DNA from: Mobula hypostoma
Taxonomy: Eukaryota
Reading direction: 5' to 3'
NCBI RefSeq assembly: GCF_963921235.1
Contig: NC_086108.1
Coordinates: forward strand, 95,234,001-95,298,000
DNA length: 64,000 bases
The position numbers were made by a program, and so were the translations under genes. Under the pieces are notes generated by a model. It did not search any database, was not told the origin of the DNA, and saw nothing but the letters and a program-made list of their open reading frames with translations. Each line of letters starts with the position of its first letter. Within the stretch, counting starts at the first letter, position 1. Of the stretch, positions 23,993 to 36,919 are shown in pieces.

Positions 23993-24795
23993 GGCACATT
24001 GGTGCAGCTAGTAGCTGTTGCAACACCAGAGATCTACGTTTAGTCCTGAGTTATCTGCATGAAGTTTGCTCGCACACCAGGTGACGGTGTGTATTTTATC
24101 CAGTTCCCAATTTTCCTCCTTAGTCCCAGAGACATGCAGGTTAATAAGTTAATTGCCTAATGTAAAGTGCCATCGTGCTTTGATGAGTCATGGAATCTGG
24201 AAGGCTTTGTTAAGAATGTGAGGATAAAATAAAAAGTCATACATCACGGGTAAGATCCTCCTAACCATTGAGCCCATCTACATGAAACGTTGCCATAGAA
24301 AAGCAGCATGCATCATCAAAGATCCTCACCACCCAGGCCATGCTCTTTCTCACTGCTGCTGTCAGGTAGAAGGTACAGGAGCTTCAGGACTCACACCACC
24401 AGGTTCAGGAACAGTTACTACCCCTCAGCCATCAGGTTCTTGAACAAAAGGGATAATGACACTCATTCCACTTCTGCTATTCCCACAGTGGATGGTCTCA
24501 CTTTAAGGATTTTTTATCTTGCTATTTCATGCTTGTTATTTATTGCTAATTATTTAAATTTGTATTTGCACAGTTTGTTGTTCTTTGAGCCTGTTCGCAG
24601 TTCCTGTTCTATAGGTTTGCTAAATATGCTCACAGAAAAAGAATTTTGGGGTTGTATGTGGTGACATGGTTACTCTGATAATAAATTTTACTTTGAAACT
24701 TGAACTTTCTTTAACTAAGGATTAGTGAAAATGGATGATGGATTGTCAGCATAGAGTTGGTGAACCAAAGGTCCATTTTCCTTGCATGACTCTAT
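23993..24795 (+). mobile_element. Degenerate V-SINE interrupted by a Rex1-like 3' fragment (24241-24705)
   Basis: V-domain-like TTTCCTCC..AGTCCCAGAGACATGCAGGTT..TAAGTTAATTG, similar to 36920-37204. Rex1 motifs IIKDPHHPGHALFSLL and RFRNSYYPSAIR with an AATAAATTTTACTTTGAA tail. Confidence 0.6.
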
Positions 24796-25217
24796 TACCA
24801 ATCAGAGTGTAGTTTACTGCCTGAGAGCAGTGACTTATTCAAGAATATTCTGGTCAGGTGACTAAATGCAGCCACCAGTAATTGATTATGCCTTCAGGTG
24901 AAGCACTGGGTTGTATTGCTTAATTTGATAGTTTTCTAAAACATTCCATTCTGCTATCAAATTTACTGTCTTTTGAGATTGCAGAACTGCAATTTCATCC
25001 ACAAATATTGTAGAACTGATAAAATATAAATGCTTAGGTCCTATAACTATTTTGTAAATTCAGTAACAATTTAAATTGCCAACCTTGAAACCAAGTATTT
25101 TCTATCCTTTTCCGAATTTACATGAATTTAGAGGTGAATAGGAAAAGATGATCTTCAAGCAGTAATTTAATCTTGATGAACAAAAATGGAGATTACAGCA
25201 CAGATTACAGGCCTTTT

Positions 25218-25750
25218 GGTCCAGGACGATGCTGAGGATGTTCTACGAGTCTGTGGTGGCCAGTGCGATCATGTTTGCTGTTGTGTGCTGGAGCAGCAGG
25301 CTGAGGGTAGCAGACACCAACAGGATCAACAAACTCATTGGTAAGGCCAGTGATGTTGTGGGGATGGAACTGGACTCTCTGACGGTGGTGTCTGAAAAGA
25401 GGATGCTGTCCAAGTTGCATGCCATCTTGGACAATGTCTCCCATCCACTACATAATGTACTGGTTGGGCACAGGAGTACATTCAGCCAGAGACTCATTCC
25501 ACTGAGATGCAACACAGAGCGTCATAGAAAGTCATTCCTGCCTGTGGCCATCAAACTTTACAACTCCTCCCTTGGAGGGTCAGACACCCTGAGCCAATAG
25601 GCTGGTCCTGGATTTATTTCATAATTTACTGGCATAATTTACATATTACTATTTAACTATTTATGGTTTTATTATTATTTAATTATTCATGGTGCAACTG
25701 TAACGAAAACCAATTTCCCCCGGGATCAATAAAGTATGACTATGACTATT
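25218..25750 (+). mobile_element. Rex1/Babar-like LINE 3' fragment
   Basis: ORF 25229-25600 (FYESVVASAI.FAVVCW, SHPLH, SFLPVAIKLYN), then AATAAA and a (TATGAC)n tail. Confidence 0.8.
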
Positions 25751-26411
25751 AAGTTAATTATTATATACAAGCAATCTATGAAGTCCCACACCCCCACCCT
25801 CTCCCCAAGCCCTACAGATTTATTTTTCCGTTCAGATATTCATCAATTTCACTTTAAACTTCACATTAAATCCACCCTCTCTGTTGCCAGTCTCCAATAC
25901 CTGTTCAAAGGTTCATTTCAGATCTTAATTCACTGCATATAAAAGCTTCACTCATAAATTATCATTTCTCATGTCAGCTGCCTTTATGCTGTGTTCTTGA
26001 GTTCTTGACCCTTCAACAATGTAGCATGCCAGCTATGTGAGGCTTCTTGTGTGTGGGGCCAGAACAAGCTCCACTGACTCCACCAACAGAAAATCCCAGG
26101 AGCAGAACAGGCTAATGGCCCAGATGTTTCTTGTAACCATTGACGTTCTATAAAATATTAAGTGCCTGGAAGAAGTAAAAGAAAATATAATGCGATGCAG
26201 GATTTGCCTTTGATTTTGAGGAGTAATTCAAAGTAAAAAATAGTAATGGGGAATGGTCTATAGTAGGATGAAATCTTTGCAACCGTTGTCAGACCATTTA
26301 AATTTGGGACCAATTGAATCTCTGGAATTGGAGGAGTGCAAACATCTTGGAAGCTTGTTCAACCAGAGGAAAATTCAGAGGTGGGTCAAGCAAGGCCATG
26401 ACCAGATTGAT

Positions 26412-26892
26412 GTTCACCAGATTGATTCCTGGGATGGCAGGACATTCATATGATGAAAGACTGGATCGACTAGGCTTATACTCGTTGGAATTTAGAAGAT
26501 TGAGGGGGGATCTTATTGAAACGTATAAAATCCTAAAGGGATTGGACAGGCTAGATGCAGGAAGATTGTTTCTGATGTTGGGGAAGGCCAGAACAGGGGG
26601 TCACAGTTCGAGGATAAAGGGGAAGCCTTTTAGGACCGAGATGAGGAAAAACTTCTTCACACAGAGAGTGGTGAATCTGTGGAATTCTCTGCCACAGGAA
26701 ACAGTTGAGGCCAGTTCATTGGCTATATTTAAGAGGGAGTTAGATATGGCCCTTGTGGCTAATGGGATCGGGGGTATGGAGAGAAGACAAGTACAGGATT
26801 CTGAGTTGGATGATCAGCCATGATCATACTGAATGGCGGTGTAGGCTCGAAGGGCCGAATGGCCTACTCCACCTATTTTCTATGTTTCTATG
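26412..26892 (+). mobile_element. CR1 3' fragment
   Basis: FTRLIPGM, LGLYSLEFRRLRGDLIETYKI and FFTQRVVNLWNSLP motifs, TTCTATGT tail. Confidence 0.85.
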
Positions 26893-29011
26893 ACAAACTT
26901 TGGAAGTTGAGGTGGGAATTTTAATTAGATAAGTAAGTGCAGAATAAATGATGAATGGTACAATGAAAATTAGATCGAACAGTAGAGTTGTGAATGAGCC
27001 CCTGTTAACAGCAAAAAGCAAGAGTTTGGCCATTTTAAACATTTGTATCTGAAAGAAACAAAAATGGTTCAGCAATAACAAGTTGGGTAATGTTACAGGC
27101 AAATGGAAAAGAGATTGATTTGGAGACCAGGAAATGGACTGTAGAACAGATTAAAGGTGGGACAGGAGAAAGACAATGTCTTTGATCCACTCAATATTTA
27201 GAGGAAGTTTTTCCTCATTCAGTATTGGTGTCAGAAGCATTGTATAAGTGATTTAGAAGATAGTAATATTGACATGTATTTGGCACTATTTTTGACTGAT
27301 ATTGCTTTTGTCAGTGTGTAGGAGTGGGTCAAAGATAGGTATTTGCAGGATTGTGAGTAAACTTTTATTGATGATTCTGTGCCTGAGTAAGAATGAAATT
27401 AGGCAAGCGTTATCCCACCCAAATAGCAGTTGAAAGGACATTTTTGTGGTGTGAACTGAAGTCTTGGAGGAGCAGGACATATCTGAGTGGGAGAGTGGGG
27501 AATGAGCCAATGTATTGCCATTGCTGGAGCAGACTTGGACGCAGTACAATGCAGCATACCAAAGCAAGGCAGAGTCGAGGTGGAGCCCAAAAGCAAGGAA
27601 AGACCCCACAAGAGCAAAGAAATACCTGAGGTTTGATCGATTTAAGCATTGAGCTGAATTGGAAAGGTCAGCTATAGTCTGGATCGAAGCAGCAGGGCTT
27701 GGGTCTGAGAGCGAGGAACGACCCAAGGTTTGAATGATTTAAGTGCCAGGCCAGATTGAAATGGTCAGTGTGTCATGGCCAGAGGTGAGAATTTAGCTTG
27801 CTCTTCCACGAGGTTTACTCATCTCTGCTCTGAAGTGAGGTTTTGACTTGCAACTAATGGACTTCTGAAGCAGATGCAATGATGCCTGGCTGCGTGAACC
27901 TTAGTTCTGGATGCTATTTGCTTACTTTTATTGTTTGCACGATTTGTTTTCTCTCTCTGCACACTGGGTGTTTGATGGTCTTCTTGTTTCATTGGGTTTC
28001 TTTGCTTTGTGGCTGCCTATCAGGAGGCAAGTCTCAAGGTTGCATAAAATATACGTACTTTGATAATGCACTTTGAACTTTGTAGTTACACAGCAGCCAC
28101 TTTATTGGATACAATTGTAGACCTGTTCGTTAATGCAAATATCTAATTAGCCAATCATGTGACAGTGACTCAATTCATAAAAGCATGCAGTCATAAGACC
28201 ATAAGATTTAGGAGCAAATTAGGCCATTTGGCCCATCGAGTCTTCTCTGCCATTTCATCATGATTGATCCAATTTTCCTCTCAGCAGCAATATCCTGCCT
28301 TCTCCCTGTGTCCCTTCATGCCCTGACCAATCAAGAATCTGTCAACTTCTGCCTTCAATATACATAAAGACTTGGCCTTCACAACTGCCTGTGACAAAGA
28401 ATTCCATAGATTCACCACTCTCTAGCTAAAGAAATTCCTGCTTATCTCCATCCTAAAGGGATACACCTGTATTCTGAGGATGTGTCCTCTAAGACTCTCC
28501 CACCATGGAAGTATCCTGCCCACATACATTCTATCAAGGCCTTTCACGATTCGCTAGTTTTCAATGAGGTCAACCCTCATTCTTCTGAATTCTAGTGAGT
28601 ACAGGCCCAGAGTCATCAAATGCTCCAGGTATGACAAGCCATTCAATCCTGGAATCATTTTTGTAAACCTCCTTTGAATCCTCTCCAGTTTCAGCGTATC
28701 CTTTCTAAGATAAAGAGCTCAGATCTGCTCACAGTACTCCAAGTGAGGCCTCACCAGTGCTTCATGAAGTTTCAACATTACACCCTTGCTTTTATATTCC
28801 AGTCCTCTTGAAACGAATGCTAACATCACATTTACCTTCCTTACCACAGACTCAACCTGCAAATTAACCTTTAGGGAATCCTGCACAAGGATTCCCAAGT
28901 TCTGTTGCACCTCAGATTTTTGTGTTTTCTTATCATTCAGAGCATTGTCAACCTTTTCATTTCTTCTACCAAAGTGCATGACTAGACACTTTCTGACACT
29001 GTATTTCATCT

Positions 29012-30488
29012 CGCAAACGCGAGGAAATCTGCAAATGCTGGAATTCCAAGCAACACACACAAAAACTACTGGTGAACGCAGCAGGCCAGGCAGCATCTAT
29101 AGGAAGAGGTCAGTCGACATTTTGGGCCGAGACCCTTCGTCAGGACTAACTGAAAGAAGAGATAGTAAGAGAGTTGAAATTGGGAGGGGGAGGGGGAGAT
29201 CCGAAATGATAGGAGAAGACAGGAGGGGGAGGGATGGAGCTAAGAGCTGGAAAGTCGATTGGCAAAAGGGATATGAGGCTGGAGAAGGGAGAGGATCATG
29301 GGACAGGAGGCCTGGGGAGAAAGAAAGGGGGAAGGGGGAAGCCCAGAGGATAGGCAAGGAGTATAGTGAGAGGGACAGAGGGAGAAAAAGGAGAGAGAGA
29401 AAAAAATTAATAATAAATAAATAACAGATGGGGTACGAAGGGGAGGTGGGGCATTAATGGAAGTTAGAGAAGTCAATGTTCATGCCATCAGCTTGGAGGC
29501 TACCCAGACGGAATATAATGTGTTGTTCCTCCAACCTGAGTGTGGCTTCATTTTGATAGTAGAGGAGGCGTGGATAGACATATCAGAATGGGAATGGGAC
29601 GTGGAATTAAAATGTGTGGCCACTGGGAAATCCTGCTTTCTCTGGCGGACAGAGCGTAGGTGTTCAGCGAAATGGTCTTCCAGCCTGCGTCGGGTCTCGC
29701 CAATATATAGAAGGTCACATCGGGAGCACCGGATGCAGTATATCACCCCAGCCGACTCACAGGTGAAGCCTCACCTGGAAAGACTGTCTGGGGCCCTGAG
29801 TGGTGGTGAGGGAGGAAGTGTAAGGACAGGTGTAGCACTTGTTCCGCTTACAAGGATAAGTGCCGGGAAGGAGATCGGTGGGAAGGGATGGGGGGGACGA
29901 ATGGACAAGGGAGTCGCGTAGGGAGCGATCCCTGTGAAAGCGGGGGGAGGGGGAGGGAAAGATGTGCTTAGTGATGGGATCCCGTTGGAGGTGGCGGAAA
30001 TTACGGAGAATTATATGTTGGTCCTGGAGGCTGGTGGGGTGGTCGGTGAGGACAAGGGGAACCCTATTCCTAGTGGGGTGGCGGGAGGATGGGGTGAGAG
30101 CAGAGGTTTGTGAAATGGGAGAGATGCGTTTAAGAGCAGAGTTGATGGTGGAGGAAGGGAAGCCCCTTTCTTTAAAAAAAAAGGGGAACATCTGCTCCGT
30201 CCTGGAATGAAAAGCCTCATCCTGAGAGCAGATGCGGCAGAGATGGAGGAGTTGCGAGAAGGGGATGGCATTTTTGCAAGAGACAGGCATGCTGAACTTG
30301 TTGACTTCATTAACTTTGCCGCCAACTTTCACCCTGCCCTCAAGTTTACCTCGTCCATTTCCGACACCTCCCTCCCCTTTCTTGATCTTTCTGTCTCTGT
30401 CTCTGGAGAGAGCTTATCTACTGATCTCTACTATAAGCCTACGGACTCTCACAGCTACCTGGACTATTCCTCTTCCCATCCTGTCTCT
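29012..30488 (-). mobile_element. Penelope element with 5' inversion (30288-30488 in opposite orientation)
   Basis: 29012-30287 matches 8112-9338 plus a longer 3' end. The + strand at 30288-30488 encodes HAELVDFINF...YLDYSSSHPVS, the immediately upstream part of the ORF. Confidence 0.88.
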
Positions 30489-30667
30489 AGTGGTCCCAAC
30501 ATAGACCCACTATTCACCAGCAGCCAGCTTTAAAAGGCTGCCTTTATTCCCACTCTTTGCCTCCTGCCAATCAGCCACTGCTTTATCCATGGTGGAATCT
30601 TTTCTGTAATACCATGAGCTCATAGTAGCCTTGTGTGTGGCACCTTGTCAATGGTCTTCTGACAATC

Positions 30668-33600
30668 ATAGAACATAGAATAGTACAGCACAGTACAGGC
30701 CCTTTGGCCCACAATGTTGTGCCGACCCTTAAACCCTGCCTCCCATATAACCCCCCACCATAAATTCCTCCATATACCTGTCTAGTAGTCTCTTAAATTT
30801 CACTAGTGTGTCTGCCTCCACCACTGACTCAGGCAGTGCATTCCACACACCAACCACTGTCTGAGTAAAAAACCTTCCTCTAATATCCCCCTTGAAGTTC
30901 CCACCCCTTACCTTAAAGCCATGTCCTCTTGTATTGAGCAGTAGTACCCTTGGGAAGAGGCGCTAGCTGACCACACTACCTATTCCTCTTAATATCTTGT
31001 ATACCTCTATCATGTCTCCTCTCATCCTCCTTCTCTCCAGAGAGTAAAGCCCTAGCTCCCTTAATCTCTGATCAGAATGCATACTCTCTAAAACAGGCAG
31101 CATCCTGGTAAATCTCCTCTGTACCCTTTCCAATGCTTCCACATCCTTACTATAGTGAGGCGACCAGAACTGGGCACAGTACTCCAAGTGTGGCCTAACC
31201 AGAGTTTTATAGAGCTGCATCATTACCCCATGACTCTTAAACTCTATTCCTCGACTTATGAAAGCTAACACTCCATAAGCTTTCTTAACTACCCTATCTA
31301 CCTGTGAGGCAACTTTCAGGGATCTGTGGACATGTACTCCCAGATCCCTCTGCTCCTCCACACTACCAAGTATCCTGCCATTTACTTTGTACTCTGCCTT
31401 GGAATTTGTCCTTCCAAAGTGTACCACCTCACACTTCTCTGGGTTGAACTCCATCTGCCACTGCTCAGCCCACTTCTGCATCCTATCAATGTCTCTCTGC
31501 AATCTTCGACAATCCTCTACACTATCCACAACACCACCAACCATTGTGTCGTCTGCAAACTTGCCAACCCACCCTTCTACCTTCTAAGTCATTAATAAAA
31601 ATCATGACAATTAGAGGTCCCAGATCCGATCCTTGTGGGACACCACTAGTCACAATCCTCCAGTCTGAATGTACTCCCTCCACCACGACCCTCTGCTTTC
31701 TGCAGGCCAGCCACCTCCTTCCAATCCTCCGGTACCATTCCTGGGGACAATGAGGACATAAAGATCTTAGTCTCGTGGAGCAGCCTGGGGAATATTCCAT
31801 CAGGCCCTGGGGATTTATCCGTTCTAATGTATTTTAACAACTCCAACACCTCCTCTCCCTTAATATCAACATGCTCCAGAACATCAACCTCACTCGTATT
31901 GTCCTCACCGTCATCAAGTTCCCTCTCATTGGTGAATACTGAAGAGAAGTATTCATTGAGGACTTCGCTCACTTCCACAGCCTCCAGGCACATTTTTCCA
32001 CCTTTATCTCTAATCAGTCCTACCTTCAGTCCTGTCATCCTTTTGTTCTTCACATAATTGAAGAATGCCTTGGGGTTTTCCTTTACCCTACTCACCAAGG
32101 CCTTCTCATGCCCCCTTCCTGCTCTTCTCAGCCCCTTCTTAAGCTCCTTTCTTGCTACCCTATATTCCTCAATAGACCCATCTGATCCTTGCTTCCTAAA
32201 CCTCATGGATGCTGCCTTCTTCCACCTGACTAGATTTTCCACCTCACTTGTCATCCATGGTTCCTTCACCCTACCATTCTTTATCTTCCTCACCGGGACA
32301 AATTTATCCCAAACATCCTGCAAGAGATCCCTAAACATCGACCACATGTCCATAGTACATTTCCCTGCAAAAGCATCATCCCAATTCACACCCGCAAGTT
32401 CTAGCCTTACAGCCTCATAATTTGCCCTTTCCCAATTAAAAATTTTCCTGTCCTCTCTGATTTTATCCTTTTCCATGATAATGTTAAAGGCCAGGGAGCG
32501 GTGGTCACTGTCCCCCAGATGCTCACCCACTGAGAGATCTGTAACCTGACCCAGCTCATTACCTAATACTAGATCTAATATGGTATTCCCCCTAGTCAGC
32601 CTGTCAATGTACTCTGACAGGAATCCGTCGTGGACACACTTAACAAACTCTGCCCCGTCTAAACCATTGGAACTAATCAGATGCCAATCAAGATTAGGGA
32701 AGTTAAAGTCACCCATGATAACAACCCTGTTATTTTTGCAGCTATCCAAAATCTGCCTCCCAATCTGCTCCTTGGATTCTCTGCTGCTACCGGGAGGCCT
32801 ATAAAATATAGGCCCCTTCCTGCTCCCTTCCTGTTCCTGACTTCCACCCATACTGACTCAAAAGAGGATCCTGCTACATTACCCACCCTTTCTGTAGCTG
32901 TTATGGTATCCCTGACCAGTAATGCCACACCTCCTCCCCTTTTTCCCCTGTCTCCATCCCTTTTAGAGCACAAAAATCCAGGAATATTGAGAATCCATTC
33001 CTATCCTGGTGCCAGCCAAGTCTCTGTTATGGCCACTACATCATAATTCTATGTATGTATCCAAGCTGTCAGTTCATCACCTTTGTTGCTGATGCTTCTT
33101 GCATTGAAGTACACGCACTTTAGCCCTTCTACCTTACTACCTTCACACCCTTCATTCTGTTTCGCTTTCCTCAAAGCCTCTGTATATGTTAGATCTGGCT
33201 TTACTCCATGCACTATACTTGCAGTTTATCCTCCTCCACCTCACTATCTGCTCTAACACTGTTTCCCCTGCCCCGGCAAATCTAGTTTAAACCCCCCCCT
33301 TAACAGCACTAGCAAACCTTCCTGCAGGGATGTTAGTCCCCCTCCAGTTCAGGTGCAACCCGTCCCGTCGGAACAGGTCCTATCCTCCCTGGAACAAGGC
33401 CCAATTGTCCAGGAACATGAAGCCCTCCCTCCTGCACCAACTCCTTAGCCACGTATTTAGCTGCATTATCTTCCTGTTTCTAGCCTCACTAGCACATGGC
33501 ACGGGTAGCAATTCTGAGATTGCAACCCTGGAGGTCCTGTCCTTCAACTTTGCACCTAACTCTTTAAATTCTCTTTGCAGGACCTCCTCCTTCTTCCTAT

Positions 33601-34586
33601 CCACATCATTGGTCCCTACATGGACCACGACATCTAGCTGCTCACCCTCCCTCTTGAGAATACTGAGAACGTGATCCGAGATGTCGCGGACCCTGACACC
33701 AGGGAGGCAACAGACCATCCGGGATTCTCGGTCTCTTGCGCAGAACATCTTATCTGTCCCCCTAACTATCGAATCCCCTATCACTACTGCTCTCCTCTTT
33801 TCCCTCCTTCCCTTCTGAGCTGAGGGCCCAGTCTCGGTGCCAGAGACACAACCACGGCAACTTGTCCCTGGTAGGTCATCCTCACCAACAGTATCCAAAA
33901 CGGTATACTTATTATCGATGGGAACAGCCACAGGGGTGCTCTGCTCATTCTGTCTAATCCCCTTCCCTCTCCTGACAGTCACCCAGCTACCTGTCTCCTG
34001 ATATTAGGGGTGACTATCTCCCTGTAACTCCTGTCTCTTTCTGCCTCTGCCTCATGAATGATCTGAAGTTCCTCCAGCTCCAGTTCCCTAACTCAGTTTG
34101 TCAGGAGCTGCAGCTGTATGCACCTTTTACAGGTGTAGTCATCAGGGACAGTTGTGCCCACCCTGACTTCCCACATACTGCACTCAACTGCCCTAACTGC
34201 TGCCTCCATTGCCTACTTCTAAGTTAATTAGACTAGTTAAAGGAACTTACCTGGCCTTACCTCACTGGGAGCAAGCTCGTACTCAGCCTCTGCTCGACGA
34301 AGCTTCTCGAGCCAAAGCCTTCCTACTCTGTCTCCCACTATTCCGTCGCCCGCTCCGTTAATCTGTTCGCCTTTTAAAGTCCCCCACTGTCTCACAGGCC
34401 GACCTTCACGGGCTTGCACAGTCGCGCCCCGTTCAAACTGCCGAAGATATAACCTTCCCCTTCTCAATCTGTTCGCTTTTTAAAGTCTCCCGCTGTCTCA
34501 CAGGCTGACCTTCATGCTTGTGCAGTTGTGCCCCATTTAAACTGCCGAATAAATAACCTTCCCCTTCGCAATCTGTTCGCTTTTTT
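30668..34586 (-). mobile_element. CR1 LINE retaining its 5' UTR, with internal deletions
   Basis: Tail ATAGAACATAGAA. RT end 30963-31544, APE/linker 31646-33100, esterase ORF1 33380-33982 (VIGDSIVR, HVGTND). 4-bp TSD AATC at 30664-30667 and 34587-34590. Confidence 0.88.
34360..34586 (-). repeat. Tandem ~105-bp monomers in the CR1 5' UTR
   Basis: AATCTGTTCGC.TTTT recurs at 34360, 34466 and 34570 (units of 106 and 104 bp plus a partial third). Confidence 0.85.
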
Positions 34587-36506
34587 AATCCAAGTACACA
34601 AAATCAAGGGGTTCTCCTTTCTCTATCCTGTGTGTTATTTCTTTAAAGAATTCCAACAGATTTGTCAGGCAAGATTTTTTTCTTAGGAAACCATACTGAC
34701 TACAGCCTTTTTTTAAAATCATATGCATGGTTAAGAGGTGCAGCTATTTTTCATACCAAACATCAGAACGGGGTAGAAATGTGAACTAAGTGACTTTGAC
34801 TGTGGAATGATTGTTGGTGCCATACAGGGTGGTTTGAGTTTCTGAGAAACTGCTGATCTCCTGGAATTTTCAAGCACCACCACATTCTCAGAAGTTTACA
34901 GAGAATGGTGTGAAAAACAAAAAAAAAGTATCTATTGAGCAGCAGTTCTGCAGGTGAAAATGTCTTGTTAATGAGAGAAGTCAGAGGAGAATGGGCAGAC
35001 AGGTTCAAGCTGATTGGAAGACAATAGTAACTCAACTAATCATGCATTACAGCAGTGGTGTGCAGAAGAGCATGTGGGCTAGGGATTGCAAGGTCTGTAT
35101 ATAAGAGGGCTACTTCGGATCATTGAAGATGAGGGGGTGTCTGCAGGATAAAAGGGGACTAAGTCATTTGATTTTTGAAGAGGAGTGTTGAAGGCAGATT
35201 TGAAGATGGTAAGAAAACAAATATTAATATCAGCTCACATGGGAACAGAAAATTGAATGATCATTAGGGTCAGGTGCAGGAGATGGGTGTGGGGAGTGAG
35301 ATGAGAAAAATGCAAGTTTGAGGGTAGAAGCCAGAGAAATCTGGCTGGATAGAATGGGATAAAACTAGCAGCTTATTGGATTTTTTTTCCCCCAATTTTA
35401 ATGACAAAATTCTTCAACTACTTTGCAGCTAAGTATGGGGTTTGAAAGGATGAAATCTCATTTAGTTTTAGTTGATGGATTGCGGGGGAAAATTATAATA
35501 AAAATAATCTACACCCCCCCCCCCACCCTTCTGCCTTTGATGTTTGATGTAATTAATGATATCACTGAATTCCTTTTGGGTGGGATAACTCTTGCCTAAT
35601 TTCATTCTTAATCAGCCAGTCACAGGTGAAGGTGAAGTGACTGAGCAGATGGTAGCTGCACCAGTTTTATGTCAGCGGAAAGCCATCTGAGATTTTGAAT
35701 GCATATTGTAAATAAATTTAGTAGAAATAATGTAGTAATCATCAAAATAGAATGATGGACTTCATAGGCCAAGCAACAAAAGCAGGTCAAGGGAAGACCT
35801 TTCAAAGGTTGTTTGCGATAGTTTATTTAATTTGCCTCAAGGTTGAAGATTGTTTAATTTCATTTCCTGTAGACAAGTGTAAGGAGAACAAAATAATTGT
35901 TACTCCTGATCTGATGCAACACAAAAAAATGAGATAAAGAATACAATAGTAATAATTTAAAAACATAATATATATAAATATTGTATAAATACTGTATAAG
36001 ACAGTTGATTGTATATCCATAAAGCGACACCAGGCTGTATATAAGATGACTGACGCCAGGTAATAAAGTAGTGGTGGAGTTGGTAGCTGGAGCTGTTGAT
36101 CAGTCTTACTGTTTGTAATTGTTTTATTCTGTAAAAAATGTCTACAGTGAAGAAACAAAGTATGGCATCAGAGTCAATTGTGTGTTTGTAATAAGGAGGA
36201 CTGAAAATTTTCAGACTATTAGTGTGAAAAGATATCTGAGGTGTGACCTTAAGGTATATAAGATTGTAAATCTGGTAAGTTGCTGAAATCAAAGTGAACA
36301 GAATGACCGGCTCAAATTTCTAATAAAGCACAATGGAGTGACAACATTGGAATTATTTAATAAACCACTGATAAAGTTGTTAGGTCCTTTTGAACTTCGT
36401 ATGATTGAACTGAAGACCTAATAGTAAATAATGTGTCTTTGTCTATTGGTAAATGTTCCTATAACAAAATAATAGGCATTTTCTCTAATTTTCAAATTGT
36501 TTCCAG

Positions 36507-36665
36507 CGTCATCTGGCTAGAACTACTAGCAGGTGGAAAGATTCACCTCGAAAGAATGCTGTGAGTGAACTGCAGGATGAACTGATGACTGTACGCCTCA
36601 GAGGAGCAGAAACACAGGCTGAATTGAAAGAGGTTAAGCAACGAATGTTGGAACTTGAAACACAG
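36507..36665 (+). CDS. EVI5: EVI5 coding exon
   Basis: TTTCCAG|CGT...CAG|GTAC, 159 nt, phase 0. Translates RHLARTTSRWKDSPRKNAVSELQDELMTVRLRGAETQAELKEVKQRMLELETQ, directly continuing the previous exon. Not in the ORF track. Confidence 0.93.
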
Positions 36666-36919
36666 GTACAAACAGCAGTTATTGACTTTACCCATGAACT
36701 AAAGTTTGTTTCATAGGTTTAATGTTAACATGATTTACCTGGTATAATTCTTTTTATTCCCAGTTTTATTCACTTTATTCCTTGGGGGATACTGAGAGAT
36801 CAGTATGTTGGTTGGTGACCTATTTGCTGACCCCGATTGCTTTCCATTTTCGTTTTCCTAATTCATCCTTTTATTGAGGGAAGCTAGGTGCATTTTTTCT
36901 GGAGCAGAGGAAGTTAAGA

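Larger units (their letters stand above)
28192..34720 (-). mobile_element. CR1 RT fragment (pieces 28192-29011, 30489-30667, 34587-34720) hosting Penelope and CR1 insertions
   Basis: CATAAGACCATAAGA tail at 28192. The pieces are collinear with the related copy at 55779-56790. Confidence 0.75.
28089..35075 (+). mobile_element. Second Tc1-family element fragment (pieces 28089-28190 and about 34725-35075) split by CR1 insertions
   Basis: Terminus TACAC..C.GCCACTTTATT.G.TACA is shared with 59706 and 61206. The downstream piece encodes a degenerate paired-like HTH, LSDFD.GMIVGA..GGLS.SETADLL.FS. Confidence 0.7.

Noticed and set aside
34360..34586. CRISPR-like array
   Set aside because: Whole units are repeated with no unique spacers; eukaryotic LINE 5' UTR context.
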